Origin: Nemertoderma westbladi
Lineage: Eukaryota; Animalia; Xenacoelomorpha
Length of the DNA: 53,947 bases
Assembly (NCBI GenBank): GCA_032718475.1
Contig: JAUCBJ010007308.1
Location: 1-53,947, forward strand
Reading direction: 5' to 3'
Part shown: one piece after another, positions 1 through 9,886 of the stretch
Numbering within the stretch: position 1 is the first letter of the stretch
How the letters are laid out: every line of letters begins with the position of its first letter
The notes under the pieces: model-generated
What the model was told of the DNA's origin: nothing
The model's input: the letters and a program-made list of their open reading frames with translations, nothing else
Databases searched by the model: none
Program-made: the position numbers and the translations under genes

Positions 1-1
1 C

Positions 2-2560
2 TACAACCGTCCTGGCCTTCCTCCGATCCAACCTGTTACAGAAGTCGAAGAGAGCGTGATACGAAATGCATTGGACGCTATTCGGCAGAAAATCGGAAAA
101 GGAACTTACGATTGCTTGGAGAAACGTAAATTGCAACAACAAGTCCAAGCGGTGAAAGAACTAGCTTTACCCCAGTTCGATAGCGAAATACAAAATCTAG
201 AGGAGGACATCGAACGTGGACGAACCTACTCTTTACAGGAATTCCTGGACAAGCGCTTGCAACAACAAGCGGAGGAAAATCAGCTCGAGGAGAGACATAT
301 AGAGCTGACTGAGAGGGAAGAAGCAGCTTTAGCCCAACCAGAAGCTCAAATTCTCGTGACGGATCTCTATTCCAAAACGATTCTCCACCCCTCGATGGTT
401 CCTCATTTTAAAGACAAGCTCTTTGCTACGGTACAGCCTCAACCGGTTAACACCGATCTCAGATCTCAAGAGCTCGTTGCTGACGCTCCCATACTACAAC
501 GTCCACCCGTCGAGGCTGCTCGTGTCGATGGCGTACTTGTTGAGCCTCCGGACAATAGAGCGGATCTTGTCCGTCGCATGGTGCACGATGTTAACATACG
601 CGCTAGACCTTTGCTGGACTCATTTTATGGAATTAAGGATCATCCTTATTACGTCAATTTAAAGCAATATTACATGGTAAAACCCGAAGATCCTACGCAT
701 AGTCTGAAGTTTCTACCATTGATCAATCCTCTCGACCTCGTCGAACTCGAACAACTACAAAAACATCTAGATCAGCTAGTTAAACTAAACTCATTTCGAA
801 AACCGTATAATATTTCCAGAATAGAGAAAGAAATATTACCTCCGTACAATCTTGATGGATTCATTAAAACTCGATTGGTACACTGGAATCTTGACGTGTT
901 ATTCGAGGAAGAAAGAATAAAACGATATGGAGATGTGGAAACCTATACTACACAATGCTTAAAGTATAGAGATTTACCCAATGCTAGCGAATGCGCTACT
1001 TTGTGGCATCCAGTGGGAATGACTCTCAAAAACGCCACTAAAGAATGGAACGAGACTCTTAACGTTATCAAGATGTATGGCGTTGTTACTTATGACAACG
1101 AAGGTAGCGTTCCGGTGGGAGAACTAGGAACTACGCGAATGATACATATACGAGGACTCGCTGGTTCTACCCACGTATTCACTCGAGCGTGTTCCGACGT
1201 GATCGATTATTCTTTTGAAACCCTTACGGAGACACAAAAGAAACTTCGACATGGACAATTCGAGCTCGCGCAGCGCTACGTCACCGACACCGAGCGCAAA
1301 CCGGCCATGGGTATCGACGGATCAATGTTACCCCAACCCGTGCTCGAAATGTTGTTTAACGAAAGAATCCTAAAAATCGGCTCAGCTGTTTATGGAGATC
1401 TCCAAAACGACTTCCGGAATATGGAAAACATTCCATACCCTTTCGTTGATACTCAGCTGATTGCTCCTTGGGCCGAAGGCCGAGGTTTCTTTCGCACTAT
1501 GTATGCCAATACACCCAGCGACATTACTAAGGTACAACGGACATCCATCGGACATCTTGCCTTTCAAGAATATGGGTGGAATTTCAAAGTTGGAAATCCT
1601 ACCAATTACCAGCAAGTATATGGAGATCATTACTCTCGTTTATATTTTGATGGACCATTAACTGCGCCTGGCGCCGTATATAGCTTTATGAGTGTTCCAC
1701 TTCGCCCTTCCTTAGCTATATACACGATCTTAGAAAACGCAGCACTTGCCGGTTGGCTAGCCGATGTGTGCAGTCGTACCATATGCGCTCACCCGTTAAT
1801 ACTTGGAACTAAACTCGCCAAGTTAGACGAACATAATAAGTTCATACGTTTCGAATGTTTCCGGCGCTTTCTGACTCCGTTCCGTAACGTCGATAGTCAG
1901 TTCAAAGACCGCGCGCTGACCAAACTCAGTCTTAGAGACTCAGCTGCGGAGAAACTGAGTAGCGCTGGATTTGCCGTTTTTCAAGACGTTTGCATACAGA
2001 ACCTACATTCATCCGTTATACAAAGACCCCGAATATCTACAGGTTATTCTGTCGTGGAAATACAGACAGTGGGTCCACTTACGGAAACCGACGCACCCAC
2101 TTCGTCTATGCAGCTGGAGGATGAACCAGTATGCTTGGAATCAGAAGCGATTCAACCTACAGCTTCCCGGAGCAGTGACAATGATTATGTCATAGAGTGG
2201 TATCAAGGTCCACAGCGTCTCACAGCGTACGATTATCGACACGCCAACTACGTTTCTCGAAAACGTTGTCGATTATGCGCATCGAGAGACCACTTCACTC
2301 CTCTAGACTCGAGCGTACCTTGTTCCTATTTCCTCGAACAACCAATGATGGAAATATATTGTGCTTATTGCCGGCTTAATAACTCTCATATATTTGCAGT
2401 CTGCCCACAATTTATGACTCAATGTCACTACTGTCAACTTAAAGGACATGAAAGTTACAATTGTCCCTTTAATCGCGATTTAGAGAGCGTAGACGAGATA
2501 ATCACCCTGCGATACATCCGAGCTTGGGAAGCGAACGCGGATTTACATTGCGAATCCTGA
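2..2560 (+). CDS. 5'-truncated ORF: DEDDy (RNase D/WRN/EXD-like) 3'-5' exonuclease domain plus C-terminal CCHC zinc knuckles; probable accessory ORF of an LTR retrotransposon
   Basis: The frame is open from base 2, so the ORF-track start at 56 (GTG) is probably not the true start. Exo I VVTYDNEG (~1082-1105), Exo II LFNERILKIGSAVYGDL, PFVDTQ, SIGHLA and Exo III-like PLRPSLAIYTILE (~1697-1735). Knuckles CRLCASRDH, CAYCRLNNSHIFAVC and CHYCQLKGHESYNC at ~2266-2465. The N-terminal part is Q/E-rich and coiled-coil-like. Confidence 0.75.
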   Translation, partial: YNRPGLPPIQPVTEVEESVIRNALDAIRQKIGKGTYDCLEKRKLQQQVQAVKELALPQFDSEIQNLEEDIERGRTYSLQEFLDKRLQQQAEENQLEERHIELTEREEAALAQPEAQILVTDLYSKTILHPSMVPHFKDKLFATVQPQPVNTDLRSQELVADAPILQRPPVEAARVDGVLVEPPDNRADLVRRMVHDVNIRARPLLDSFYGIKDHPYYVNLKQYYMVKPEDPTHSLKFLPLINPLDLVELEQLQKHLDQLVKLNSFRKPYNISRIEKEILPPYNLDGFIKTRLVHWNLDVLFEEERIKRYGDVETYTTQCLKYRDLPNASECATLWHPVGMTLKNATKEWNETLNVIKMYGVVTYDNEGSVPVGELGTTRMIHIRGLAGSTHVFTRACSDVIDYSFETLTETQKKLRHGQFELAQRYVTDTERKPAMGIDGSMLPQPVLEMLFNERILKIGSAVYGDLQNDFRNMENIPYPFVDTQLIAPWAEGRGFFRTMYANTPSDITKVQRTSIGHLAFQEYGWNFKVGNPTNYQQVYGDHYSRLYFDGPLTAPGAVYSFMSVPLRPSLAIYTILENAALAGWLADVCSRTICAHPLILGTKLAKLDEHNKFIRFECFRRFLTPFRNVDSQFKDRALTKLSLRDSAAEKLSSAGFAVFQDVCIQNLHSSVIQRPRISTGYSVVEIQTVGPLTETDAPTSSMQLEDEPVCLESEAIQPTASRSSDNDYVIEWYQGPQRLTAYDYRHANYVSRKRCRLCASRDHFTPLDSSVPCSYFLEQPMMEIYCAYCRLNNSHIFAVCPQFMTQCHYCQLKGHESYNCPFNRDLESVDEIITLRYIRAWEANADLHCES

Positions 2561-3196
2561 CATCGCTATTACCCTGGACGAGCTTACGAAGGAGTTTACG
2601 CGTTCCATCCTTATCTATTCGCGTCGATTGAACAGAAAACACGCGTACCAAGTTACGAGTTAATGAAGCGTGTTGGTGAGTGTATTTCAACCAAGTTTGT
2701 CAGGAAATACCTTAGAAACGTTAACCCTAATGATATAACCACATATCACCTGATCAATTTTATCCGTCAGGACCCTGAGTATGGCGACATCTTTGTGAAC
2801 TCGCATCCTGAACTACAGGAAATATCTCGGCGACCATATGAATATCGAACCCGAGAACGCGAGCTGGAGAGAACCATTAAACCGAGAAAGTTCCTCACCA
2901 CTCACGGTCCACCCACCGCTAGTGTCCAGACGACCCGTCAAGGACCCGTAGGAGCTGCTGTCCTGAGACGCGCTCTAAAGGCCGTTAGACCTCGCTCCAC
3001 TGAGGTTGATATTAATCAACCAGGTACTTCGACCGGCGGGTATACCGATCGTAACCCTGCACCTTCTGATGCAATTATATTGCACCCTTCGCCTAGGAGC
3101 TACAGCCCTCCTCGTAAAGTGGCTCGCCCCAAAGAGAAAAGGACTCTTGCTAGCTTTAAAAAACTGCGTAAACGCCATCCGTGCAAGAAAGACTAA
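2561..3196 (+). CDS. In-frame continuation of the exonuclease ORF after a single TGA (basic, Pro/Arg-rich tail); ATG-started version is 2663..3196
   Basis: 2561-2662 (HRYYPGRAYEGVYAFHPYLFASIEQKTRVPSYEL) has no stop and is in frame with both 56..2560 and 2663..3196. It ends in a K/R-rich stretch (KKLRKRHPCKKD). Confidence 0.55.
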   Translation, partial: HRYYPGRAYEGVYAFHPYLFASIEQKTRVPSYELMKRVGECISTKFVRKYLRNVNPNDITTYHLINFIRQDPEYGDIFVNSHPELQEISRRPYEYRTRERELERTIKPRKFLTTHGPPTASVQTTRQGPVGAAVLRRALKAVRPRSTEVDINQPGTSTGGYTDRNPAPSDAIILHPSPRSYSPPRKVARPKEKRTLASFKKLRKRHPCKKD

Positions 3197-3274
3197 CTGT
3201 TTAGAGTATTTATGTATATTAGAAATTGTGATTTTGTATATTTTATAGACTTAAATCCCATTTTCTGGGAGCGG

Positions 3275-3664
3275 TGTAAAAGCTTTTGTGGGATAACTGA
3301 TTCGTTTGCCTTGCTAACCAGTTCCCCCCAGGCGCTAGAATACTCTCAAAAGGGATCTATAACTCGAATAGTGCAAGCTACCGGCTGATTGGCTGATTTG
3401 CTGTGCGCAGGGATCTGGGCTACGTTTGATTGTCCAACCATCTTGATAAAGTATCTGCCAATAAGATTTGAGTTGATTTTGATTTCGGCCTATCACAGAT
3501 CTACTGAACTGAATTTTCCTATCTGTATGCTCTTTCTCTGTGTTGGGTGGAAGCCTTTGTAAATAAGGTTATTCTTATCAGTTTTCAGTGTTGTTGGTCT
3601 TTCTTTCCTAAGCCAGGAGAGAACGGCTTGGAAATATTTTGTGCTTTTCTGCTTTAGTCGAACA
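3275..3664 (+). mobile_element. Putative 3' LTR (~390 bp) of the exonuclease-bearing retrotransposon
   Basis: Purine-rich GGGAGCGG (3267-3274) directly precedes TGTAAAAG; the segment ends ...AGTCGAACA, giving TGT...ACA termini reminiscent of BEL/Pao. It lies ~80 bp after the ORF stop. The matching 5' LTR is outside the window. Confidence 0.6.
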
Positions 3665-5022
3665 CTAGTAGGCTTAATTATAAGGACATATATCCGTTAT
3701 CAAATCAAACTGGCAAACTAATGAACCAAACAATCAAACTTAACACACACTGAATCACTGTGCATACTTTTATATTGTTATACTGCTATTTACTGTCAGT
3801 TCTTCATAATATGGTTGATGAATTATTATATTTGGAATAACGATAAATAACCCCGAAACCCAATATTCTTGATATACCGAAGGTAAGAGAGAAAGGTTAC
3901 ATATAACGATTGTGACTTATGTTAAAGTGGTTTGAAGTGAATCTAATGTTATTTGATAGACCCTACATGAGTCAGTCCGTGTTCCTTTTATATATAACTA
4001 AAATCAGTGAAGATCGGCAGATCAGTGTGCAGTATTGTGCAGCATTGTGTATGAGTGAGACTGATAACGAAGCATTTCCTAAAGAATGCGCCATATATGT
4101 GAATTATAACTAAGCCATATCGTTGTGAGTAGTTTAAGTCATAACTCTATTTATATAGATAGAGCGCCACGTCCTAAAGGAACTGTTAATATTCCCCGAA
4201 GGTGAATAATATTGTCAGAGATTATATAATACTGTCAGTCGAATAATACATTAGGCTTACATAGCAATAAGATTAAGCCGTCGAACCCAATCTCCCGGGT
4301 ATATCCAGCGGGTGAATGATCGCGCACAGATTGGTTTCGACTAGTGTAGTGAATTAAATACTTGTCATAGGCTAAAGGTGATTTATTATCTAGAAGACAT
4401 CATAATTTGGCGGGTTAAACTGCCAAAGGTCTGAAAGCGCGAACACAGTTGGCTGATCAGTGTACTCGTACTGCTGAAAACTGCAGTTGGCTGAAGCTAT
4501 TTCTGTAAGTCGGGGTCGACTGTATCATTGTTAGACCGCTGACCGCTGACCGCTGACCCAATTTACCATGGCTGAGATGTATAAACAAACAATATTCCAA
4601 TATTCGTATTGAATGAGTGATAAATTGGCCTTTTTTGTTTTAAATATTATTTGCTACAATTGATCGAATACATTACTACCTGTATTCCAGTATTCATATG
4701 TAATTCTGCAATTCAATTTTGTATGTCCCATATTCGCATGTGTCCAATATACAGAATACAGCCATATTTGGTGAATAAGTCAGCCTCAGGTGTCAGTTTC
4801 AGGGGCAGCCCCAGGCCCTCAGCCTGGTGCCTGGCCCAGCTGCCCAGTCTGCCAGTAGGACTACTGCTGACTGCCAGCGTGCAGAACGTAGGTACCGCGT
4901 CACCTGTACATAAAATCCTGTAACAATTTCTGCGCAATCGTATTGTCGTACTGTCGTAGCAGCTTTCTGGCTTTGAGATTACGGTAACCCACCGGTAACA
5001 ACTATAATTTATATATCATCCT

Positions 5023-6459
5023 ATGGAAATACAAACGCAGGGCTATTTCTACGCTCTTTACTCATTGACACGTCACCGTCATCGTCTATCGATCTCGGTC
5101 CCGGACCTCACTGCTGTGATTAATGTGACGCCAACCGTTCTGGACAACCCGTGGGGGGGCGAACCTCTTCCTCCGGTACCGGGACTGTGTCTACTCTCCG
5201 GGAACCTCCCGCCCGACTGGGAGACCTCTCTCCGAGACCACCTGAACCGGCGTCTCCGTCGCTCTATCGGCAGCTCCGCCATTGGGCACTGCGCCACAGT
5301 GGCTTTAGACGCCACAGAATGCGCCGTTTTCTCCCACATTATCGGCGAATCACAGGAATACGCCGTGTGTTTTGCAGCGCCATCTAGCGTGCAACTAGAG
5401 GCGTACTGCGCGGAGCTTACGGGCTACGCGGAGTCGCTACAACCTCTACTGGACGATTCCCTCTCCGGGTTGGACACCTCGATCCGATACTATCTTGTAG
5501 GTTGGCGCGCCGTCTGCCTCGACTACGTGCAGCGCGTCGTTGACGTCACTTCCGGTACCGAAAACCTCCTCGCCACAATTATATTCGCGTCATTAATGGG
5601 TTTTCCGGTTCGAGTTGTCGACGACAAAGCCAACTTTAACTCGATTAAATCCGACGTCTCTAAATTCGTGGCCGCATGTTGTTTAACAGATATCGAACGG
5701 ATCCCTGAAGGTGACTACGTCACTTCCTGTTTGACTACTCCCAATGACGTCACCTCCTTTGGTAGTCCTATTGAGGTTACTTCCGGTGTGAATGGTCCCA
5801 CTTCCGGTTTGGATAGTCCCACTTCCGATTTATGTGGCGCCACTTCCGGTGTAATTTGTCCCACTTCAGGTGTAATTAGTCCCGTTGTAATTGGTCCCAC
5901 TTCTGGTTTGAGTGGTCCCACTTCTGGTGTAATTGGTCCCACTTCTGGTGTAATTGGTCACACTTACGGTGTAATTGGTCCCACTTCCGGTGTAATTGGT
6001 CCTAGTTCCGGTGTAATTGGTCCCACTTCCGGTATGAGTGGCCCCCCTTCCGGGGACGGTCAGCCCGACTCGTTGGTTCTCTCTGCGCGGTCCGGCAGTC
6101 TGTCGGTGCTCCGGTCACCGTCAACCCGACCCACGGCATTCTGCACGAAGTGTGGCTCCACCCTGCTGGAGTCCCGAGTAAAAACCCCGCAGAAACTCCG
6201 AGGTTACATCGAGACGTTTAAGCTGAAGATAATCCACGAATTGAACGCTCTAAAGCGACTAATGCGACGAGCGGAGACGGACTACTACGCGCTCTACAGT
6301 CTGTTTGTTCTGGTAAAGGATGGAGGTAATGGACCTGTCCTGCTGCACACGGCCCAAACTTCCGCCGATGAAACTTTGGCTTCCGCTAACTCGAAGTCCA
6401 TACTCAATCTTATTATTGAACACATTGCGTATACCGGTGGATTCTGTGTTTCTGAATAG
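5023..6459 (+). CDS. C17orf75: Njmu-R1 / C17orf75 homologue (partner of WDR11-FAM91A1), single-exon CDS
   Basis: Blocks recalled from the family: YFYALYS, NLPPDWETSLRDHLNRRL, EYAVCF...LEAYCAELTGY, and LRGYIETFKLKIIHELNALKRLMRRAETDYYALYSLFVLVKDGGNGPVLL (cf. LENFKLKAIQD..NLKRFIRQAEMNHYALFK..GSGDILL). ATG at 5023, TAG at 6457. Confidence 0.85.
   Translation: MEIQTQGYFYALYSLTRHRHRLSISVPDLTAVINVTPTVLDNPWGGEPLPPVPGLCLLSGNLPPDWETSLRDHLNRRLRRSIGSSAIGHCATVALDATECAVFSHIIGESQEYAVCFAAPSSVQLEAYCAELTGYAESLQPLLDDSLSGLDTSIRYYLVGWRAVCLDYVQRVVDVTSGTENLLATIIFASLMGFPVRVVDDKANFNSIKSDVSKFVAACCLTDIERIPEGDYVTSCLTTPNDVTSFGSPIEVTSGVNGPTSGLDSPTSDLCGATSGVICPTSGVISPVVIGPTSGLSGPTSGVIGPTSGVIGHTYGVIGPTSGVIGPSSGVIGPTSGMSGPPSGDGQPDSLVLSARSGSLSVLRSPSTRPTAFCTKCGSTLLESRVKTPQKLRGYIETFKLKIIHELNALKRLMRRAETDYYALYSLFVLVKDGGNGPVLLHTAQTSADETLASANSKSILNLIIEHIAYTGGFCVSE
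5776..6052 (+). repeat. Coding 21-bp minisatellite (GTAATTGGTCCCACTTCCGGT)n encoding GPTSGVI repeats, ~12-13 copies
   Basis: Visible tandem units inside the Njmu-R1 CDS that preserve the reading frame. Confidence 0.9.
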
Positions 6460-6770
6460 TTCAAGTTGCTAATAATTAACATTATTAATTAATGTGAAAA
6501 GGTACCAATATTATTTATTATTAAATACGCACTCTAGTTCAAGGTATTTTTATTAATTTTGACATGTCTGGGGCCTTCGTGTAGCAGAACTGAAAACCAT
6601 CCCAACGAACAGCATTCATTCCAGGGCGCCAAATTTTAATAATGTTTCCAGTGAAAGACAATATAATAAAATGTCAACTTCATTTTTTACGAATAATAAT
6701 ATAGAATATTATTATTGGCCTCTTGCATTTATATTTAGTATTCCGTGGACCAACTCTTATGTCCAACTAC

Positions 6771-6821
6771 ACGTTCGACAAAATTTCCCTCTATAATATA
6801 GAGAACATTTTTGTCGAACGT
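6771..6821. repeat. 51-bp hairpin / minimal MITE-like palindrome
   Basis: 13-bp perfect arms ACGTTCGACAAAA ... TTTTGTCGAACGT with inner CTCTA/TAGAG pairing. Confidence 0.7.
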
Positions 6822-7292
6822 CAAAGCCACATATAAATTTGGTTTCAATCCGTTAGTTGGGTAATGACACAAAATACAAAATGTAATTAATAAACTTAGT
6901 TTACAGGGACCATTACCCCAAATCTATTATATTATTATTTTTATTATTCTTTTTTAATGCTACTACTATTCTCAAATTTTAACACATTGATAGCTGTTAT
7001 CCTTTAAGTATGAAATAAAGTTTCGTAAACACCTTTGTTCCAAAAATATGGCCCTTTGTGTGCAGGTCGTTTTTTTTTCAAAAAATATCTGGGTAGAAGT
7101 TATTGGTTCAAGAGCTTGGCACAATAGAGCTAAGTGTAGGTAATCTTTTATGAAAAGTTCAGCATAAAATTATTGTTTTTAAATAATATATCTGGGCTTT
7201 TTAGTATGTTTCGGACTATATTTTGCGGATCATAGATTTTAGGACAGACAAAGAGTAGTCAGTTATAAAATTTCCAGGTCTACATTTTACTT

Positions 7293-7500
7293 GAGCCGCT
7301 AGCGGAATGGTTACAACGGCAGACTTCAACCTTGAGGTCACCAGTTCACACCGGATATTATGTCTATGTGAAATAATTACCTGTTCCATCATTGCGATAA
7401 AATGCTAGATAAACTATATAGATTAGTCCCACCTGTAGAGGAGATGCCGTAGTTAAAATAGCAGGTAGATTCATTAAAGTTGTTCTAAATTATAATAAGT
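7293..7500 (+). mobile_element. Possible tRNA-derived SINE (degenerate Pol III head); 3' boundary uncertain
   Basis: A-box-like TAGCGGAATGG (7300-7310) and B-box-like AGTTCACACC (7343-7352) at tRNA spacing, with no intact cloverleaf. Confidence 0.45.
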
Positions 7501-7759
7501 TATAAAGAAAGTGTAAAAGCTATTGAAGTGCTAATTAAAGTTCTAAATAAAGTCATTAGTGTGATAAAATCAATTACAATCATAGCTAGTAGATAGCAAA
7601 AAAGCGCAATCGTAGTGTCTGCCATAACCCAACCCATTATTTGCGATAATGCATGGTCCTGATAAATCAGTTAAAGTGGTCAATGACCGGGAATGGAATG
7701 TGGGCTCTGACGTCATCATAAGTGCCGCTTCCCGATTGGTTAATCGTGAAATTTATTGG

Positions 7760-8072
7760 ACAGGACAAAGTGAACAGCAGCCATGTCAAAGGGTTCAAAA
7801 ACCACGTCAAAGGGTATAAATGTCATAGAAAGGGTACAAAAGGACAAAGTGAACAACAGCCATGTCAAAGAGTACAAAATGGGAAAAAAGGGTAGGCCTA
7901 CATCAGCACAAACAGGGATTTTTATACTGTATGAAACTCGCTGGTTACAGTAGTGGCGGCCTCAACCCTAACTCGTACTCTTTCTATCGTTGTACCCTTT
8001 CATGTTGTACCATTTGACTCGTTTTGTTCCCTTTGACTCGTACCCATATTGACATTTGTACCCATTTGACCT
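7760..8072. repeat. Degenerate foldback/MITE remnant with opposed GTCAAAGGGTAC / GTACCCTTTGAC motif clusters
   Basis: The left cluster (7760-7880) includes a ~30-bp direct repeat (GGACAAAGTGAACAGCAGCCATGTCAAAG) about 78 bp apart. The right cluster (7990-8072) has the motif in reverse complement. Confidence 0.5.
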
Positions 8073-8232
8073 AAAGCGTACCAGTCGTTGTACAGCTATT
8101 CACTATTCTTCGTCATTATTGTTCTGCAGTGTACTGTAATGGTAGTAGGCCTCTACTTTCAGTTACTTTCAGTTTATCAACAGTTCCTATCTGTCAGATA
8201 ATTGGATATCTATCGGTCGGTAGCTTAGGCCT

Positions 8233-9886
8233 GGGTACATCTTTTGCGTAGAGGTATAGCCTACATAGAGGCTTCATGTAGGTATGTGTAGCCTACATGT
8301 AGATGCACGTGTAGGGTGAATGTAGGTAGGTGTAGTCCCATAGATATTAATGTAATTTATGTGTCAACTTGCAGTAACGTGATACACGGTCGTCAATCAG
8401 GATGTATGGCAATAATCTCTGATCTCCACGGTACAATACGGTACATCAACCTGCAGACCTGACTGCTGTCAGACAACAGGTTTTACTGCATACTGCAGTA
8501 CTGTATAAATATCAAACATCGCGTTCTGATTATACTAAAGTCCCTTACTCGTCATAAATATTATGCCCTAATAAATTTGAGTATGCTAACGCCACGAAAG
8601 GCATCGTTCCATTAGATTAACTCGTTCTGATTTATATGTTTATTAAGTAAGAGTAACCTAAACAAGAACAGCCATCATCGCGGGGACTATAGTCTACCAG
8701 AAACCCTGACCCCCCTCTGCCCCTCTTTATCTGTTTATCAACCATACATCCATGGGACTTGAACAGTACTTCAGCATTGAAATGTTTTGGACGTTTTGTT
8801 TTGAAAGTAAAAATATAGAAGTCTGGAAGTTTTGTTTGTTTTAATTTTTCAGGCAGTCACATTCCACCAACCAGCAACAGTCCCATCCCTTCCCACTATC
8901 CCGCGGACCACCACACTGTTTCATTATAAAGTATTCCCATCTCGATGATGGGAATTAATCAGTAATCCGATGGGATTCAAATCCCATCTCGAAGTAACAG
9001 CAAAACAATAACACGAAAGTCAATAGCTTTACAGTTATATTTGATTGCATTGAAAGTTAATAGAAAGAAGAAGTTAAATTGCATATCCATTAAAATATCA
9101 TGAAATTGATACGGCAGTTTAGTAGATTAAAACGGCCACAGCAAGATTTATAAAATGAAAAATAAGTAAAATCAGCACAGCACACAATATTATCAATATA
9201 GACATTGAAGACAATTTAATAAACAAATACTATAAAAAAATATCTACTAACAATCAATACATGATATATATAATATATATACATCAGCGACTACCATCGC
9301 CACTCTGGTTCAATCAGTTATAGGCCGGTATCATTGTTAGCGTTTTGTTGAATTACCCACTCATCCTCAGACCCTCATGGACACCGACGACGAGCTCTAA
9401 CCCTAACCGTTAGTCGATTCCTCCTTGACTGGAAACATCAGGTTCGGGCCGTTCGGCCCATACAAAGTCATTAGCCTCCATGCCTGAACCCGCAGGATCA
9501 TAAGATCTACAGTATGTATCGGTATATCGTTCAGTCGTTTTTTCCTTTGTCAGTACTGTAGAATTGATAGGCTCCGTCTCGTGGGTATTCAGGGGACCCC
9601 CATTCGACGTATTCGCATCTCCTCCTGGTTGTTTCGGGTAGCACCGCCCGCCATATGCGCATCTCTTCGTGGTTGTTCCGGGTACCACCCCCGTTCGCCG
9701 CATTCGCATCTCATCGAGGAAGTTCGGGTCCGGGTACCCCGTGTAGGCCTATTCATTCATCATTGTTGTTTTTAAAGACCTACCTACACCTACCTACATT
9801 CACCCTACACGTGCATCTACATGTAGGCTACACATACCTACATGTAGCCTCTATGTAGGCTATACCTCTACGCAAAAGTTATACCC
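8233..9886. mobile_element. Non-autonomous Mutator-like (MULE) DNA transposon, 1654 bp
   Basis: ~103-bp terminal inverted repeats (core 8241-8335 vs 9784-9878, one mismatch; termini GGGTA...TACCC) flanked by a perfect 9-bp TSD CTTAGGCCT (8224-8232 and 9887-9895). No transposase ORF inside. Confidence 0.85.

Noticed and set aside
2355-2470. Nanos zinc finger
   Set aside because: Spacing is CX2CX4-5HX4C (retroviral-type knuckles), not the Nanos CX2CX12HX10C pattern.
3255-3268. ATCCCATTTTCTGG shared with the BEL/Pao LTR near 18765
   Set aside because: Only 14 bp with no extended similarity; probably chance.
4505-4560. Tc1/mariner-like TIR end (GGGGTCGACTGTA) and ACCGCTG x3
   Set aside because: No matching opposite TIR was found, and the sequence is too short to call.
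7293-7355. tRNA with a TCA anticodon (Sec/opal suppressor) that might read the TGA at 2558
   Set aside because: The anticodon and acceptor stems do not pair and the B-box is degenerate; better explained as a SINE head.
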